In this document: positions 1 through 11,644 of the stretch, piece by piece
Numbering within the stretch: the first letter of the stretch is position 1
How the letters are laid out: each line of letters starts with the position of its first letter
Origin: Nemertoderma westbladi
Lineage: Eukaryota; Animalia; Xenacoelomorpha
DNA length: 50,119 nt
Reading direction: 5' to 3'
NCBI GenBank assembly: GCA_032718475.1
Contig: JAUCBJ010000711.1
Coordinates: 1 to 50,119 of the forward strand
Program-made: the position numbers and the translations under genes
Notes under the pieces: generated by a model
Database searches by the model: none
What the model was told of the DNA's origin: nothing
The model's input: only the letters and a program-made list of their open reading frames with translations

Positions 1-1293
1 TTCTTTAAAGATTTTGAGAAAGGAGTCTTTGAACCCAAACTACGCAAATGGTTTGGAAGAGAGTTCCATATTTTGGGAAAGAAATAGATCGTCGTGCTAC
101 TCTTCTACTCTTCTTCTTCTAAACGAATTTGAGGTAAATAGAAACAACCCTGGGAGGATGCACGAGTGTTATGGGTGTGGATGGTGGCTGTTTTCGGGAA
201 AAGATAAGCAAGAGGGTGATGAGAATTATTAAGACATCAAACATAAGTAAGGAAACTGAAACTTACGCAGACTATGGAGTGGAAGGACGTTTAATTTTTT
301 ATACAAAGGTAAAGAAGATGATCTGTGGTGACTAAATGTAATGCAACGGATAATTTTATTGAGTTTGATGTGAAGAGGTTTAAGAATTGTATAGTGTAGG
401 TGCTTCCCCAAATAACAAGACCATAAAAAACATGAGGATATATCAGTGATAAAAATAATGAGCGCATTATTTGAGAGGGAACAATATGTCGCAGCCTATA
501 GAATAGTCCTCCTGATTTTGAAATTTTTTTTAGGATACTATTTACATGTAAGCGAAACGATAATTTTTTATCAATATGAAGTCCTAGATATTTAGAAGAA
601 TACGTTTCCGTAATTCGTTTGCCGTTAATGACGACGGAAGAGTTTGATGAGTCAAAGTTTAAAGTATTGGGAAACATGGTAAACTCAGTTTTATTAGCTG
701 TTGATTGAGAGTCTGTTAACGATAAGCCAATCTGAAACCTTATGGCAAGATGTAAATTAATGGTTGCAATTAATTGTGAAGATGCACCAGAACGGTGCAC
801 TAAAGAGGTGTCGTCGGCGAATAGAGTTTTGAGAAAGGAGCTGCAGTTGGGAAGATCATTAACATATATCAGAAAAAGGAGAGGTCCGAGGACGACGTAG
901 CCTTGGGGAATACCACATGAAATAGATCTGCTGACGGAGTTGACATTTCCAAGAGAAACAAATTGAGAGCGGTTTGTGAGATAGTCAGAGAGAAGATGGT
1001 GATGAATACCGCGAATAACATAACAGTTTTAATTTAAGAAGAATGGAGTGGTCTAAGGAGTCAAATGCTTTCCTGAGGTCTATGTATTGTATATACAGTA
1101 ACTGATGTAAAGTCTTTATTGTGGAGAGCATCCAGGATTGTTTCAACTATATTAAGGATTGCAAAAGATGTTGTATATTTCTTGCGAAATCGAATTGGTT
1201 AGGACACAGGATGGAATATTTATCGAGATAAGATACTAGTTGAGTATTTATTATAGTTTCGTAAATTTTATTAAATACAGAGAGAAGCGAAAT
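1..1293 (-). pseudogene. Decayed, 5'-truncated non-LTR retrotransposon ORF2 (RT and C-terminus), CR1/L2/Crack group
   Basis: Minus-strand translation across frameshifts gives, in order: ISLLSVFNKIYE (~1293-1258), IDLRKAFDSLDH (~1083-1048), CGIPQG.VLGPLLFLIYVNDLP (~920-850), LFADDT (~826-809), YLGLHIDKKLSF...YGLVIWGST (ORF 291-800) and KIWNSLP (~75-55). Several frameshifts; the element runs off the left edge of the window. Confidence 0.92.
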
Positions 1294-2957
1294 AAAAAAA
1301 TGTTTTGGGAAGAAAAGAAGCAGCTTTTGTTAAGAGTTTGAATTTACCGAAATTTAACTCTCTTCTGTGATGAACTGATACCAATGACACTACTAGGATC
1401 GGCATGCTGCATTGCAGCTGCATTTTTAAGAATGCTGTGCCGGCTTATCTACAAAATTGCACCGCCACAACTCCCTATCACCCATGACATTTGCTAGATC
1501 ATCCGCATCTTCAAGGCCAGTGTCCTTTAAGATGCGCCTCAAGAAAGTCATGGGCTGTCCACCATGCTTATTTGACATGACAACTTCTTTCCGTAACGCT
1601 GAAAATCACAATTTCATCAGAAAATCAAACTAATTTCCTTCTAAATTAACATTTAGTAACATCGATATTATTACCTGTCAATCAAAATAATGATTGACAA
1701 TTACCATATCACTAAAACTACCTACCGGTAGTAAAAAAGAATGACTTTCTCCTGTTCTCCCATCAGTTTCCAGAGCAACTAAGGAAAGTAATGGAAGTAA
1801 GTGAGTGAAAGAATCCATTGTTTCTCTCTGTTTCTTTTCACAATCTTAAGAGTCAGTGGTTCGGGTTATTTATCTACTTACTGTTGTTCCGGGTATTTCT
1901 CGGCCGACGATATCGATAGGAAGACGAGGAGGAACGTTCCAATCAGTTCCGCAAGCGTTCCTTTCCAAAACAACGATGAACAGAATTCGCGATGGCCCAG
2001 GGATATACCCATTGTGTTTACAGCTTAATTTATGTGTTTTAGTCTAGAGCTATAAAAGTGTCAGTATTAATCTATTAAATCGTCACTGCGATACAATATT
2101 GCAGAATATTATGTAAAAGACTTTGTACAATTTTCCAAGATACAGAGAATTGGCCTACTTTTCAGATTTTTTTCCTATATGCTTTAAAATTTGCTTAATA
2201 AAAGTACTTACGCGTAACTGCTTAGGCCTACGTTTAACTAAAAACAATCATATCAACTAATGTATGTAGTATGAGCAGAGTAGTGCATGGGTAGATGGGA
2301 TCAGTGTTTAGAGGCAGGTAAAATAAAGGGCAATTCCAGAATTTATAGAAATTACATGCAAATGTCCCGGTACAAGAAAAATGTAACAGAAACCTGAGTT
2401 AGTTGAATCTCCTTCATTGTTTTGTTTAGAATGTAGAACTGGAATAGTTTGACACCGTGAACTTTTAATTAACATTGTTGCTTCGCATGTCAATCACATT
2501 GTCGTAGAAAAAAATTATCTGCCGAAAACGAACCTCATTAAAAATAAGAGAAAATTAAATTATACTAATGAGTTGACTATACCGGTACCAGTAATAAAAT
2601 CTATAGGTATTTACTTGAACATTCGGCAGTTCGGCATCTACATTCTATAAAAGTTTTAGTACAATTACAGTAGTACTGGTACTGAGAATAAAAATATGTG
2701 ACTTGAAAAATTTGAATTAGAAACATTTTCTATAAATGTGACTTGAAAAATGACCCATAGTTGTAGGATGATTGTAATACCTGCTGGTACAGCTGTACAG
2801 TACTATACAGTAATTACAGATATAATACAGTAATAATGTGGGATATAAGCAGATAGGTAGGCAATAAAGATTGACTATAAATTTTACCGTTTATGTTATT
2901 GGTTTAATTTATTGCTGTCTGGCAGGTAGAAATGAATCTTCCTTTCCTATTTATGTC

Positions 2958-2992
2958 TAGGACTTGACTGGTTGTTAGTCAGTCTACCAGGG
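2958..2992 (-). mobile_element. Putative 3' end (sub-terminal inverted repeat plus stem-loop) of a non-autonomous Helentron/HINE-like element
   Basis: Imperfect hairpin TAGGACTTGACT-ggttgtt-AGTCAGTCTA (2958-2986) is followed directly by CCAGGG (2987-2992), the inverse of CCCTGG at 16004-16009. Confidence 0.4.
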
Positions 2993-3000
2993 TTTACCAG

Positions 3001-6000
3001 GGGTGTGTGCAGGGCCGTTGGGTGGATGACTGAACACATTATAATAGGGGGAGGGGGTGTGTGCAGGGCCGTTGGGTGGATGACTGAACACATTATAATA
3101 GGGGGAGGGGGTGTGTGCAGGGCCGTTAGGTGGATGGCTGAACACATTATAATACGGAGAGGGGGTGTGTGCAGGGCCGTTGGGTGGATGGCTGAACACA
3201 TTATAATACGGGGAGGGGGTGTGTGCAGGGCCGTTGGGTGGATGGCTGAACACATTATAATACGGGGAGGGGGTGTGTGCAGGGCCGTTGGGTGGATGGC
3301 TGAACACATTATAATACGGAGAGGGGGTGTGTGCAGGGCCGTTGGGTGGATGGCTGAACACATTATAATACGGGGAGGGGGTGTGTGCAGGGCCGTTGGG
3401 TGGATGGCTGAACACATTATAATACGGGGAGGGGGTGTGTGCAGGGCCGTTGGGTGGATGGCTGAACACATTATAATACGGGGAGGGGGTGTGTGCAGGG
3501 CCGTTGGGTGGATGGCTGAACACATTATAATACGGGGAGGGGGTGTGTGCAGGGCCGTTGGGTGGATGGCTGAACACATTATAATACGGGGAGGGGGTGT
3601 GTGCAGGGCCGTTGGGTGGATGGCTGAACACATTATAATACGGGGAGGGGGTGTGTGCAGGGCCGTTGGGTGGATGGCTGAACACATTATAATACGGGGA
3701 GGGGGTGTGTGCAGGGCCGTTGGGTGGATGGCTGAACACATTATAATACGGGGAGGGGGTGTGTGCAGGGCCGTTGGGTGGATGGCTGAACACATTATAA
3801 TACGGGGAGGGGGTGTGTGCAGGGCCGTTGGGTGGATGGCTGAACACATTATAATACGGGGAGGGGGTGTGTGCAGGGCCGTTGGGTGGATGGCTGAACA
3901 CATTATAATACGGGGAGGGGGTGTGTGCAGGGCCGTTGGGTGGATGGCTGAACACATTATAATAAGGGGAGGGGGTGTGTGCAGGGCCGTTGGGTGGATG
4001 GCTGAACACATTATAATACGGGGAGGGGGTGTGTGCAGGGCCGTTGGGTGGATGACTGAACACATTATAATACGGGGAGGGGGTGTGTGCAGGGCCGTTG
4101 GGTGGATGGCTGAACACATTATAATAGGGGGAGGGGTGTGTGCAGGGCCGTTGGGTGGATGGCTGAACACATTATAATACGGGGAGGGGGTGTGTGCAGG
4201 GCCGTTGGGTGGATGGCTGAACACATTATAATAGGGGGAGGGGGTGTATGCAGGGCCGTTGGGTGGATGGCTGAACACATTATAATACGGGGAGGGGGTG
4301 TGTGCAGGGCCGTTGGGTGGATGGCTGAACACATTATAATACGGGGAGGGGGTGTGTGCAGGGCCGTTGGGTGGATGGCTGAACACATTATAATAGGGGG
4401 AGGGGGTGTGTGCAGGGCCGTTGGGTGGATGGCTGAACACATTATAATACGGGGAGGGGGTGTGTGCAGGGCCGTTGGGTGGATGGCTGAACACATTATA
4501 ATACGGGGAGGGGGTGTGTGCAGGGCCGTTGGGTGGATGGCTGAACACATTATAATACGGGGAGGGGGTGTGTGCAGGGCCGTTGGGTGGATGGCTGAAC
4601 ACATTATAATAGGGGGAGGGGGTGTGTGCAGGGCCGTTGGGTGGATGGCTGAACACATTATAATACGGGGAGGGGGTGTGTGCAGGGCCGTTGGGTGGAT
4701 GGCTGAACACATTATAATACGGGGAGGGGGTGTGTGCAGGGCCGTTGGGTGGATGGCTGAACACATTATAATACGGGGAGGGGGTGTGTGCAGGGCCGTT
4801 GGGTGGATGGCTGAACACATTATAATACGGGGAGGGGGTGTGTGCAGGGCCATTGGGTGGATGGCTGAACACATTATAATAAGGGGAGGGGGTGTGTGCA
4901 GGGCCGTTGGGTGGATGGCTGAACACATTATAATAAGGGGAGGGGGTGTGTACACTGTACAGGGCCGTTGGGTGGATGGCTGAACACATTATAATAAGGG
5001 GACGGGGTGTGTACAGGGCCGTTGGGTGGATGGCTGAACACATTATAATAAGGGGAGGGGGTGTGTGCAGGGCCATTGGGTGGATGGCTGAACACATTAT
5101 AATAAGGGGAGGGGGTGTGTGCAGGGCCGTTGGGTGGATGGCTGAACACATTATAATACGGGGAGGGGGTGTGTGCAGGGCCGTTAGGTGGATGGCTGAA
5201 CACATTATAATACGGGGAGGGGGTGTGTGCAGGGCCGTTGGGTGGATGGCTGAACACATTATAATACGGGGAGGGGGTGTGTGCAGGGCCATTGGGTGGA
5301 TGGCTGAACACATTATAATACGGGGAGGGGGTGTGTACAGGGCCGTTAGGTGGATGGCTGAACACATTATAATACGGGGAGGGGGTGTGTGCAGGGCCGT
5401 TGGGTGGATGGCTGAACACATTATAATACGGGGAGGGGGTGTGTGCAGGGCCGTTGGGTGGATGGCTGGAACACATTATAATACGGGGAGGGGGTGTGTG
5501 CAGGGCCGTTAGGTGGATGGCTGAACACATTATAATACGGGGAGGGGGTGTGTGCAGGGCCGTTGGGTGGATGGCTGAACACATTATAATACGGGGAGGG
5601 GGTGTGTCCTGGGCCGTTAGGTGGATGGCTGAACACATTATAATACGGGGAGGGGGTGTGTGCTGTGCAGGGCCGTTGGGTGGATGGCTGAACACATTAT
5701 AATACGGGGAGGGGGTGTGTGCCGGGCCGTTGGGTGGATGGCTGAACACATTATAATACGGGGAGGGGGTGTGTGCAGGGCCGTTGGGTGGATGGCTGAA
5801 CACATTATAATACGGGGAGGGGGTGTGTGCAGGGCCGTTGGGTGGATGGCTGAACACATTATAATACGGGGAGGGGGTGTGTGCAGGGCCGTTGGGTGGA
5901 TGGCTGAACACATTATAATACGGGGAGGGGGTGTGTGCAGGGCCGTTGGGTGGATGGCTGAACACATTATAATACGGGGAGGGGGTGTGTGCAGGGCCGT

Positions 6001-8313
6001 TGGGTGGATGGCTGAACTCATTATAATACGGGGAGGGGGTGTGTGCAGGGCCGTTGGGTGGATGGCTGAACACATTATAATACGGGGAGGGGGTGTGTGC
6101 AGGGCCGTTGGGTGGATGGCTGAACTCATTATAATACGGGGAGGGGGTGTGTGCAGGGCCGTTGGGTGGATGGCTGAACACATTATAATACGGGGAGGGG
6201 GTGTGTGCAGGGCCGTTGGGTGGATGGCTGAACACATTATAATACGGGGAGGGTGTGTGTGCAGGGCCGTTGGGTGGATGGCTGAACACATTATAATACG
6301 GGGAGGGGGTGTGTGCAGGGCCGTTGGGTGGATGGCTGAACACATTATAATACGGGGAGGGGGTGTGTGCAGGGCCGTTGGGTGGATGGCTGAACACATT
6401 ATAATACGAGGAGGGGGTGTGTGCAGGGCCGTTGGGTGGATGGCTGAACACATTATAATACGGGGAGGGGGTGTGTGCAGGGCCGTTGGGTGGATGGCTG
6501 AACACATTATAATACGGGGAGGGGGTGTGTGCAGGGCCGTTGGGTGGATGGCTGAACACATTATAATACGGGGAGGGTGTGTGTGCAGGGCCGTTGGGTG
6601 GATGGCTGAACACATTATAATACGAGGAGGGGGTGTGTGCAGGGCCGTTGGGTGGATGGCTGAACTCATTATAATACGGGGAGGGGGTGTGTGCAGGGCC
6701 GTTGGGTGGATGGCTGAACACATTATAATACGGGGAGGGGGTGTGTGCAGGGCCGTTGGGTGGATGGCTGAACACATTATAATACGGGGAGGGGGTGTGT
6801 GCAGGGCCGTTGGGTGGATGGCTGAACACATTATAATACGGGGAGGGGGTGTGTGCAGGGCCGTTGGGTGGATGGCTGAACACATTATAATACGGGGAGG
6901 GGGTGTGTGCAGGGCCGTTGGGTGGATGGCTGAACACATTATAATACGGGGAGGGGGTGTGTGCAGGGCCGTTGGGTGGATGGCTGAACTCATTATAATA
7001 CGGGGAGGGGGTGTGTGCAGGGCCGTTGGGTGGATGGCTGAACACATTATAATACGGGGAGGGGGTGTGTGCAGGGCCGTTGGGTGGATGGCTGAACTCA
7101 TTATAATACGGGGAGGGGGTGTGTGCAGGGCCGTTGGGTGGATGGCTGAACACATTATAATACGGGGAGGGGGTGTGTGCAGGGCCGTTGGGTGGATGGC
7201 TGAACACATTATAATACGGGGAGGGGGTGTGTGCAGGGCCGTTGGGTGGATGGCTGGAACACATTATAATACGGGGAGGGGGTGTGTGCTGTGCAGGGCC
7301 GTTGGGTGGATGGCTGAACACATTATAATACGGGGAGGGGGTGTGTGCAGGGCCGTTGGGTGGATGGCTGAACACATTATAATACGGGGAGGGGGTGTGT
7401 GCAGGGCCGTTGGGTGGATGGCTGAACACATTATAATACGGGGAGGGGGTGTGTGCAGGGCCGTTGGGTGGATGGCTGAACACATTATAATACGGGGAGG
7501 GGGTGTGTGCAGGGCCGTTGGGTGGATGGCTGAACACATTATAATACGGGGAGGGGGTGTGTGCAGGGCCGTTGGGTGGATGGCTGAACACATTATAATA
7601 CGAGGAGGGGGTGTGTGCAGGGCCGTTGGGTGGATGGCTGAACACATTATAATACGGGGAGGGGGTGTGTGCAGGGCCGTTGGGTGGATGGCTGGAACAC
7701 ATTATAATACGGGGAGGGGGTGTGTGCTGTGCAGGGCCGTTGGGTGGATGGCTGAACACATTATAATACGGGGAGGGGGTGTGTGCAGGGCCGTTGGGTG
7801 GATGGCTGAACACATTATAATACGGGGAGGGGGTGTGTGCAGGGCCGTTGGGTGGATGGCTGAACACATTATAATACGGGGAGGGGGTGTGTGCAGGGCC
7901 GTTGGGTGGATGGCTGAACACATTATAATACGGGGAGGGGGTGTGTGCAGGGCCGTTGGGTGGATGGCTGAACACATTATAATACGGGGAGGGGGTGTGT
8001 GCAGGGCCGTTGGGTGGATGGCTGAACACATTATAATACGGGGAGGGGGTGTGTGCAGGGCCGTTGGGTGGATGGCTGAACACATTATAATACGAGGAGG
8101 GGGTGTGTGCAGGGCCGTTGGGTGGATGGCTGAACTCATTATAATACGGAGAGGGGGTGTGTGCAGGGCCGTTGGGTGGATGGCTGGAACACATTATAAT
8201 ACGGGGAGGGGGTGTGTGCTGTGCAGGGCCGTTGGGTGGATGGCTGAACACATTATAATACGGGGAGGGGGTGTGTGCAGGGCCGTTGGGTGGATGGCTG
8301 GAACACATTATAA
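3001..8313. repeat. 54-bp tandem satellite/minisatellite, about 98 copies, G-rich on the plus strand
   Basis: Unit GGGTGTGTGCAGGGCCGTTGGGTGGATGGCTGAACACATTATAATACGGGGAGG repeats almost perfectly; it produces the 18-aa periodic pseudo-ORFs in the track. Confidence 0.99.
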
Positions 8314-8487
8314 TTTTTTTTTTTTAAAAAAAAAAAACCCGGACGAGCCGGTATAATGTAGGACAATCGTTAGTTCACCGGTAGGCCTATAGATGAAAAA
8401 GCACAGTAAATAATCACATGAAATATTAGGTGTCCAAACGTTTCTATTAAAGCAATAATACAAATGTAGCCACTTCGCTAGATTTCC

Positions 8488-11400
8488 TTATTTATTATAA
8501 ATTCCAAAGTAGTCAAGTATGCGCTGGTGCTTTATATCAAATGCTGTGTTCGGTAGCTGATAACAACTCTTAATGAAGGCTGCGTGTAGCTTATCTGATA
8601 ATCTACTGGGACACATCTTCAATCGTGAAAAAATATTCCCTTTATTGTATTTATAATTGATAATAGAAGTGAGTGTAGGAAGTCCATGACATGCGGCACC
8701 TAAACGATATGTGCTGCCCAGACCGCAGTAACGAGACGGAGAAGATCCGGAGCTGTGCGCAGGCCCTCCCAAAGAGTTATTATATTGCAAAGTGAGCCGG
8801 AGAGAGCTCTGGATCAAGGAGCTAGGGCTTTGTAGACCCCTGAACAGTGTTCCGGTGCAATGACTTAAAGCCATTACCGACAAATCGGGAGCCTCATACA
8901 AATTAGAGATAATGCCATCTGAGGCATAATTTCCAACATGAAGAAGACTACGTAGGATCTTCCTATGGTATGCATCTACAGCATTGATATCCGATTTATT
9001 CAGTGCCCCAAAATTATAACAATTCCTGTATAGTATTGATGGTATTGCAAGAGATTTCCAGAGCTTAGCAATGCACCCAACATCGTATCGTTGAGAGGTC
9101 CATCTTTGATTGTGGAAGATTTCTGAGTGAGTTGCTATCGACTTGATGATTTCAGCCTTGTGACTACGATTTTGCCCTATTTTGAAACCTAGAAAAGAGA
9201 TATGTTCTGAGGCATTTGTTAGATGTCCATTGATGGAGAGCTTGTCAGTTATTAATGACGACTTGCCAGAGGAAAAGGCAGTCCAATTTGTCTTAGAATT
9301 GTCAATCTTTAGATTTAGTCGTCCAAGTGAAAAAACTATTTCACTGGCCATCTTTTCCATTGCAGAAGTAGAGGTACTGATCATGATAAAGTCATCCGCA
9401 TAGGAGAAGGCACCTAAGGGAAGTCCATGAATCGTGCAGCCACTGTTATTTTCTTGCACTCTGTTAAAAACTTCCTTCAGATAGAAATTAAACAATGTTG
9501 GGGATAATAGCGACCCCTGTTTCAGTCCCACATACAGCTTTATTCCCTCTGAAGATATGAGATTACCGATACGAACATAGGCACACGTACTAGAGTAATA
9601 TATGAGCAGCAACCTTGCTATATAAGGATTTATTTCCGTTTCCTCCAGCAACTTAGTGATTAGCAGTGGTATATCAACAGAGTCGAAGGCCGCTGCAACG
9701 TCCATCTGTGTAACATACACATTCGATCCCCCAGCAACATAATATTGTATAATCTCCAGAATAGAAGCAATCGCCATGTCAGAACCAATTCCCTTGCGGT
9801 ATGCACACTGTGCTTCAGCTGGCACAATAATTTTTGAAAGGTGTTCCGTGATGATAATTTGTTCCATGAGTTTTCCCAATATAGAAATTGAGGATATTGG
9901 GCGATATGAGCTAGCCATCTGTGTGTCTTTCCCTTTTCCTTTATACAGGTAACTAATTAATGTCTCTCCCAGAGCGCTTGGTAGAGTCCCCAGCTCGACC
10001 GAGAGATTCAAAATATTGGTGACATGAAAACAAATTTCGTCAACATCAGAATACAGGAAGTTTTCAATTGTGAGGCTGTTTCTGTCAGGAGATTTGTTTC
10101 TCCTTAAGGCCAATACAGCATTACGTATCATTCGGGTAGAAAAGCAAGGAATATGCGACTTAGATTGATCGCATGTATCATTCAGCACTTTGTTCAAACC
10201 ACTGATTTTATCCTCGTAATCTGGGGACTGCTGACCTTGAGTAGATTTCAAGTGTTTCTCGAACATACCTAAGTGTTCACCATTGTTGTTAGTCGCAGTG
10301 CTATCAGTTCTGAGATGCCGGATATGTTTCCAGAATGCGTGTGGGTCTGCCTGGTTGGTCCTGGAAGAAGGAATAATATGTGAGATCTTTTTCTTAGAAA
10401 GAAAATTACAAAGACGGCGGGTCGATCTTTTTGATTCTTTAAATGCATGTTTTAGTGGATCATCCTCGTTCTTTCCACCATGGCACCATAAATCGTAAAG
10501 TCTCTTTGTAGTTTGAACTCTATCACACAACTTTTTACTTCGAATTCTGTAGTTACGAGTTCGTTTTCTTGGCTTTAAAATGCATATAGACATACATGCA
10601 CTATCATAGAGCAACTTTTGAAGATCTTTGGCATAATTTTCCAGTGATGTAGGATTGTGATGAAAATTTTTCTTGCTAAACTGTTTATTGAGAACCTCTA
10701 AGCCATCTGTTACAAGTTGTTTGTAGTGGTCTAGCTGTGTTGAAGATGCCCTTGACCAGTTGAAACGTTTTGGCCCAGGAAAGCAATTCTGAGAAGGTGC
10801 TTTGTTGCGATGAAAATGGGAAGAAGAGTTTATGAAACAAGATATAGGAGTATGGTCCGATAAATTATCAGTCTCGTTCATAGGATGACAAATTCCATAT
10901 GTGATCAGTGCCTCGCCTGTTATGTTACTGATAATGTGGTCAATGTAAGACCGTGAGTTGTTGTAGCCATAGAAGGTGTGTAAGGGCCCAGTGAACTTCA
11001 ATGTGGTATCAACTGCTAGAAGATCATTATCTACAAGAAAGCTGTTTAATAGGCGGCCAGATTTTGTTGCTGATTTACGACTTGCACGAGGGCCTTGAAG
11101 AGAACCAACATCTGCATTACTATCACATAGGATAAAAGGGATTGCATCGGAATGTAGTGCTAAGACTGCTTCAAGGCGGCCAAGGAAATCTGAGAACAGC
11201 TCCTGTGGCTTGTTTTGGTCAGGACCATATGCGCAAAGAAAAAGAAAAACATCCCCGGAACTAGTAGCCCCCTTTATTCCAATGATATCATCTTTTGAAG
11301 TTACTTTAGTTAGGTTAGTGAGTAGATCATTCCTGATGAAAATAGCAACACCCCCCTTACTTCGACCAGGCCCTGCGCTATGAGTAGCAGGTAGGTACTC

Positions 11401-11553
11401 ACAGTAATGAAATTTTGATAATCCTATTAGAAATTCTTTACACATTAATTTGTCCATCCAATGCTCCTGTATACAGATGACATCATGCTTCATCAATAGG
11501 TTTTTGACATTTTCTTGATTGGGAATGAAGCCATGGACATTAAGTGTAACCAT
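8488..11553 (-). CDS. LINE ORF2: apurinic-like endonuclease plus reverse transcriptase (1021 aa from the first ATG)
   Basis: APE motifs TLNVHG, ICIQEHW, KGGVAIF, LCDSNAD, YIDHI, LSDHTPI. RT motifs SYRPIS, QCAYRKG, MDVAAAFDSV, GLKQGSLLSPTLFNFY, YADD, FLG. No C-terminal CCHC knuckle is evident. Confidence 0.97.
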   Translation of the reverse strand: MVTLNVHGFIPNQENVKNLLMKHDVICIQEHWMDKLMCKEFLIGLSKFHYCEYLPATHSAGPGRSKGGVAIFIRNDLLTNLTKVTSKDDIIGIKGATSSGDVFLFLCAYGPDQNKPQELFSDFLGRLEAVLALHSDAIPFILCDSNADVGSLQGPRASRKSATKSGRLLNSFLVDNDLLAVDTTLKFTGPLHTFYGYNNSRSYIDHIISNITGEALITYGICHPMNETDNLSDHTPISCFINSSSHFHRNKAPSQNCFPGPKRFNWSRASSTQLDHYKQLVTDGLEVLNKQFSKKNFHHNPTSLENYAKDLQKLLYDSACMSICILKPRKRTRNYRIRSKKLCDRVQTTKRLYDLWCHGGKNEDDPLKHAFKESKRSTRRLCNFLSKKKISHIIPSSRTNQADPHAFWKHIRHLRTDSTATNNNGEHLGMFEKHLKSTQGQQSPDYEDKISGLNKVLNDTCDQSKSHIPCFSTRMIRNAVLALRRNKSPDRNSLTIENFLYSDVDEICFHVTNILNLSVELGTLPSALGETLISYLYKGKGKDTQMASSYRPISSISILGKLMEQIIITEHLSKIIVPAEAQCAYRKGIGSDMAIASILEIIQYYVAGGSNVYVTQMDVAAAFDSVDIPLLITKLLEETEINPYIARLLLIYYSSTCAYVRIGNLISSEGIKLYVGLKQGSLLSPTLFNFYLKEVFNRVQENNSGCTIHGLPLGAFSYADDFIMISTSTSAMEKMASEIVFSLGRLNLKIDNSKTNWTAFSSGKSSLITDKLSINGHLTNASEHISFLGFKIGQNRSHKAEIIKSIATHSEIFHNQRWTSQRYDVGCIAKLWKSLAIPSILYRNCYNFGALNKSDINAVDAYHRKILRSLLHVGNYASDGIISNLYEAPDLSVMALSHCTGTLFRGLQSPSSLIQSSLRLTLQYNNSLGGPAHSSGSSPSRYCGLGSTYRLGAACHGLPTLTSIINYKYNKGNIFSRLKMCPSRLSDKLHAAFIKSCYQLPNTAFDIKHQRILDYFGIYNK

Positions 11554-11644
11554 ACTGATGGAATTTCTTGATTCTGAGTTAGATAAAGGGATGGGATTGG
11601 TAGACTCAGCTGGAAATCCTATATGATTTGTCCCACTTTCAATG

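Noticed and set aside
1801-2047. Two short overlapping ORFs in a CpG-richer patch
   Set aside because: GTG starts, no recognisable domain, and no convincing splice-site pair.
2696-2751. 16-bp direct repeat ATGTGACTTGAAAAAT
   Set aside because: Only two copies 40 bp apart; consistent with an ordinary local duplication.
2947-8356. Very long ORFs (up to 1126 aa) on both strands
   Set aside because: They arise from a 54-bp unit that is stop-free in several frames; 18-aa periodicity on both strands, frame switches at indels, and no domain content.
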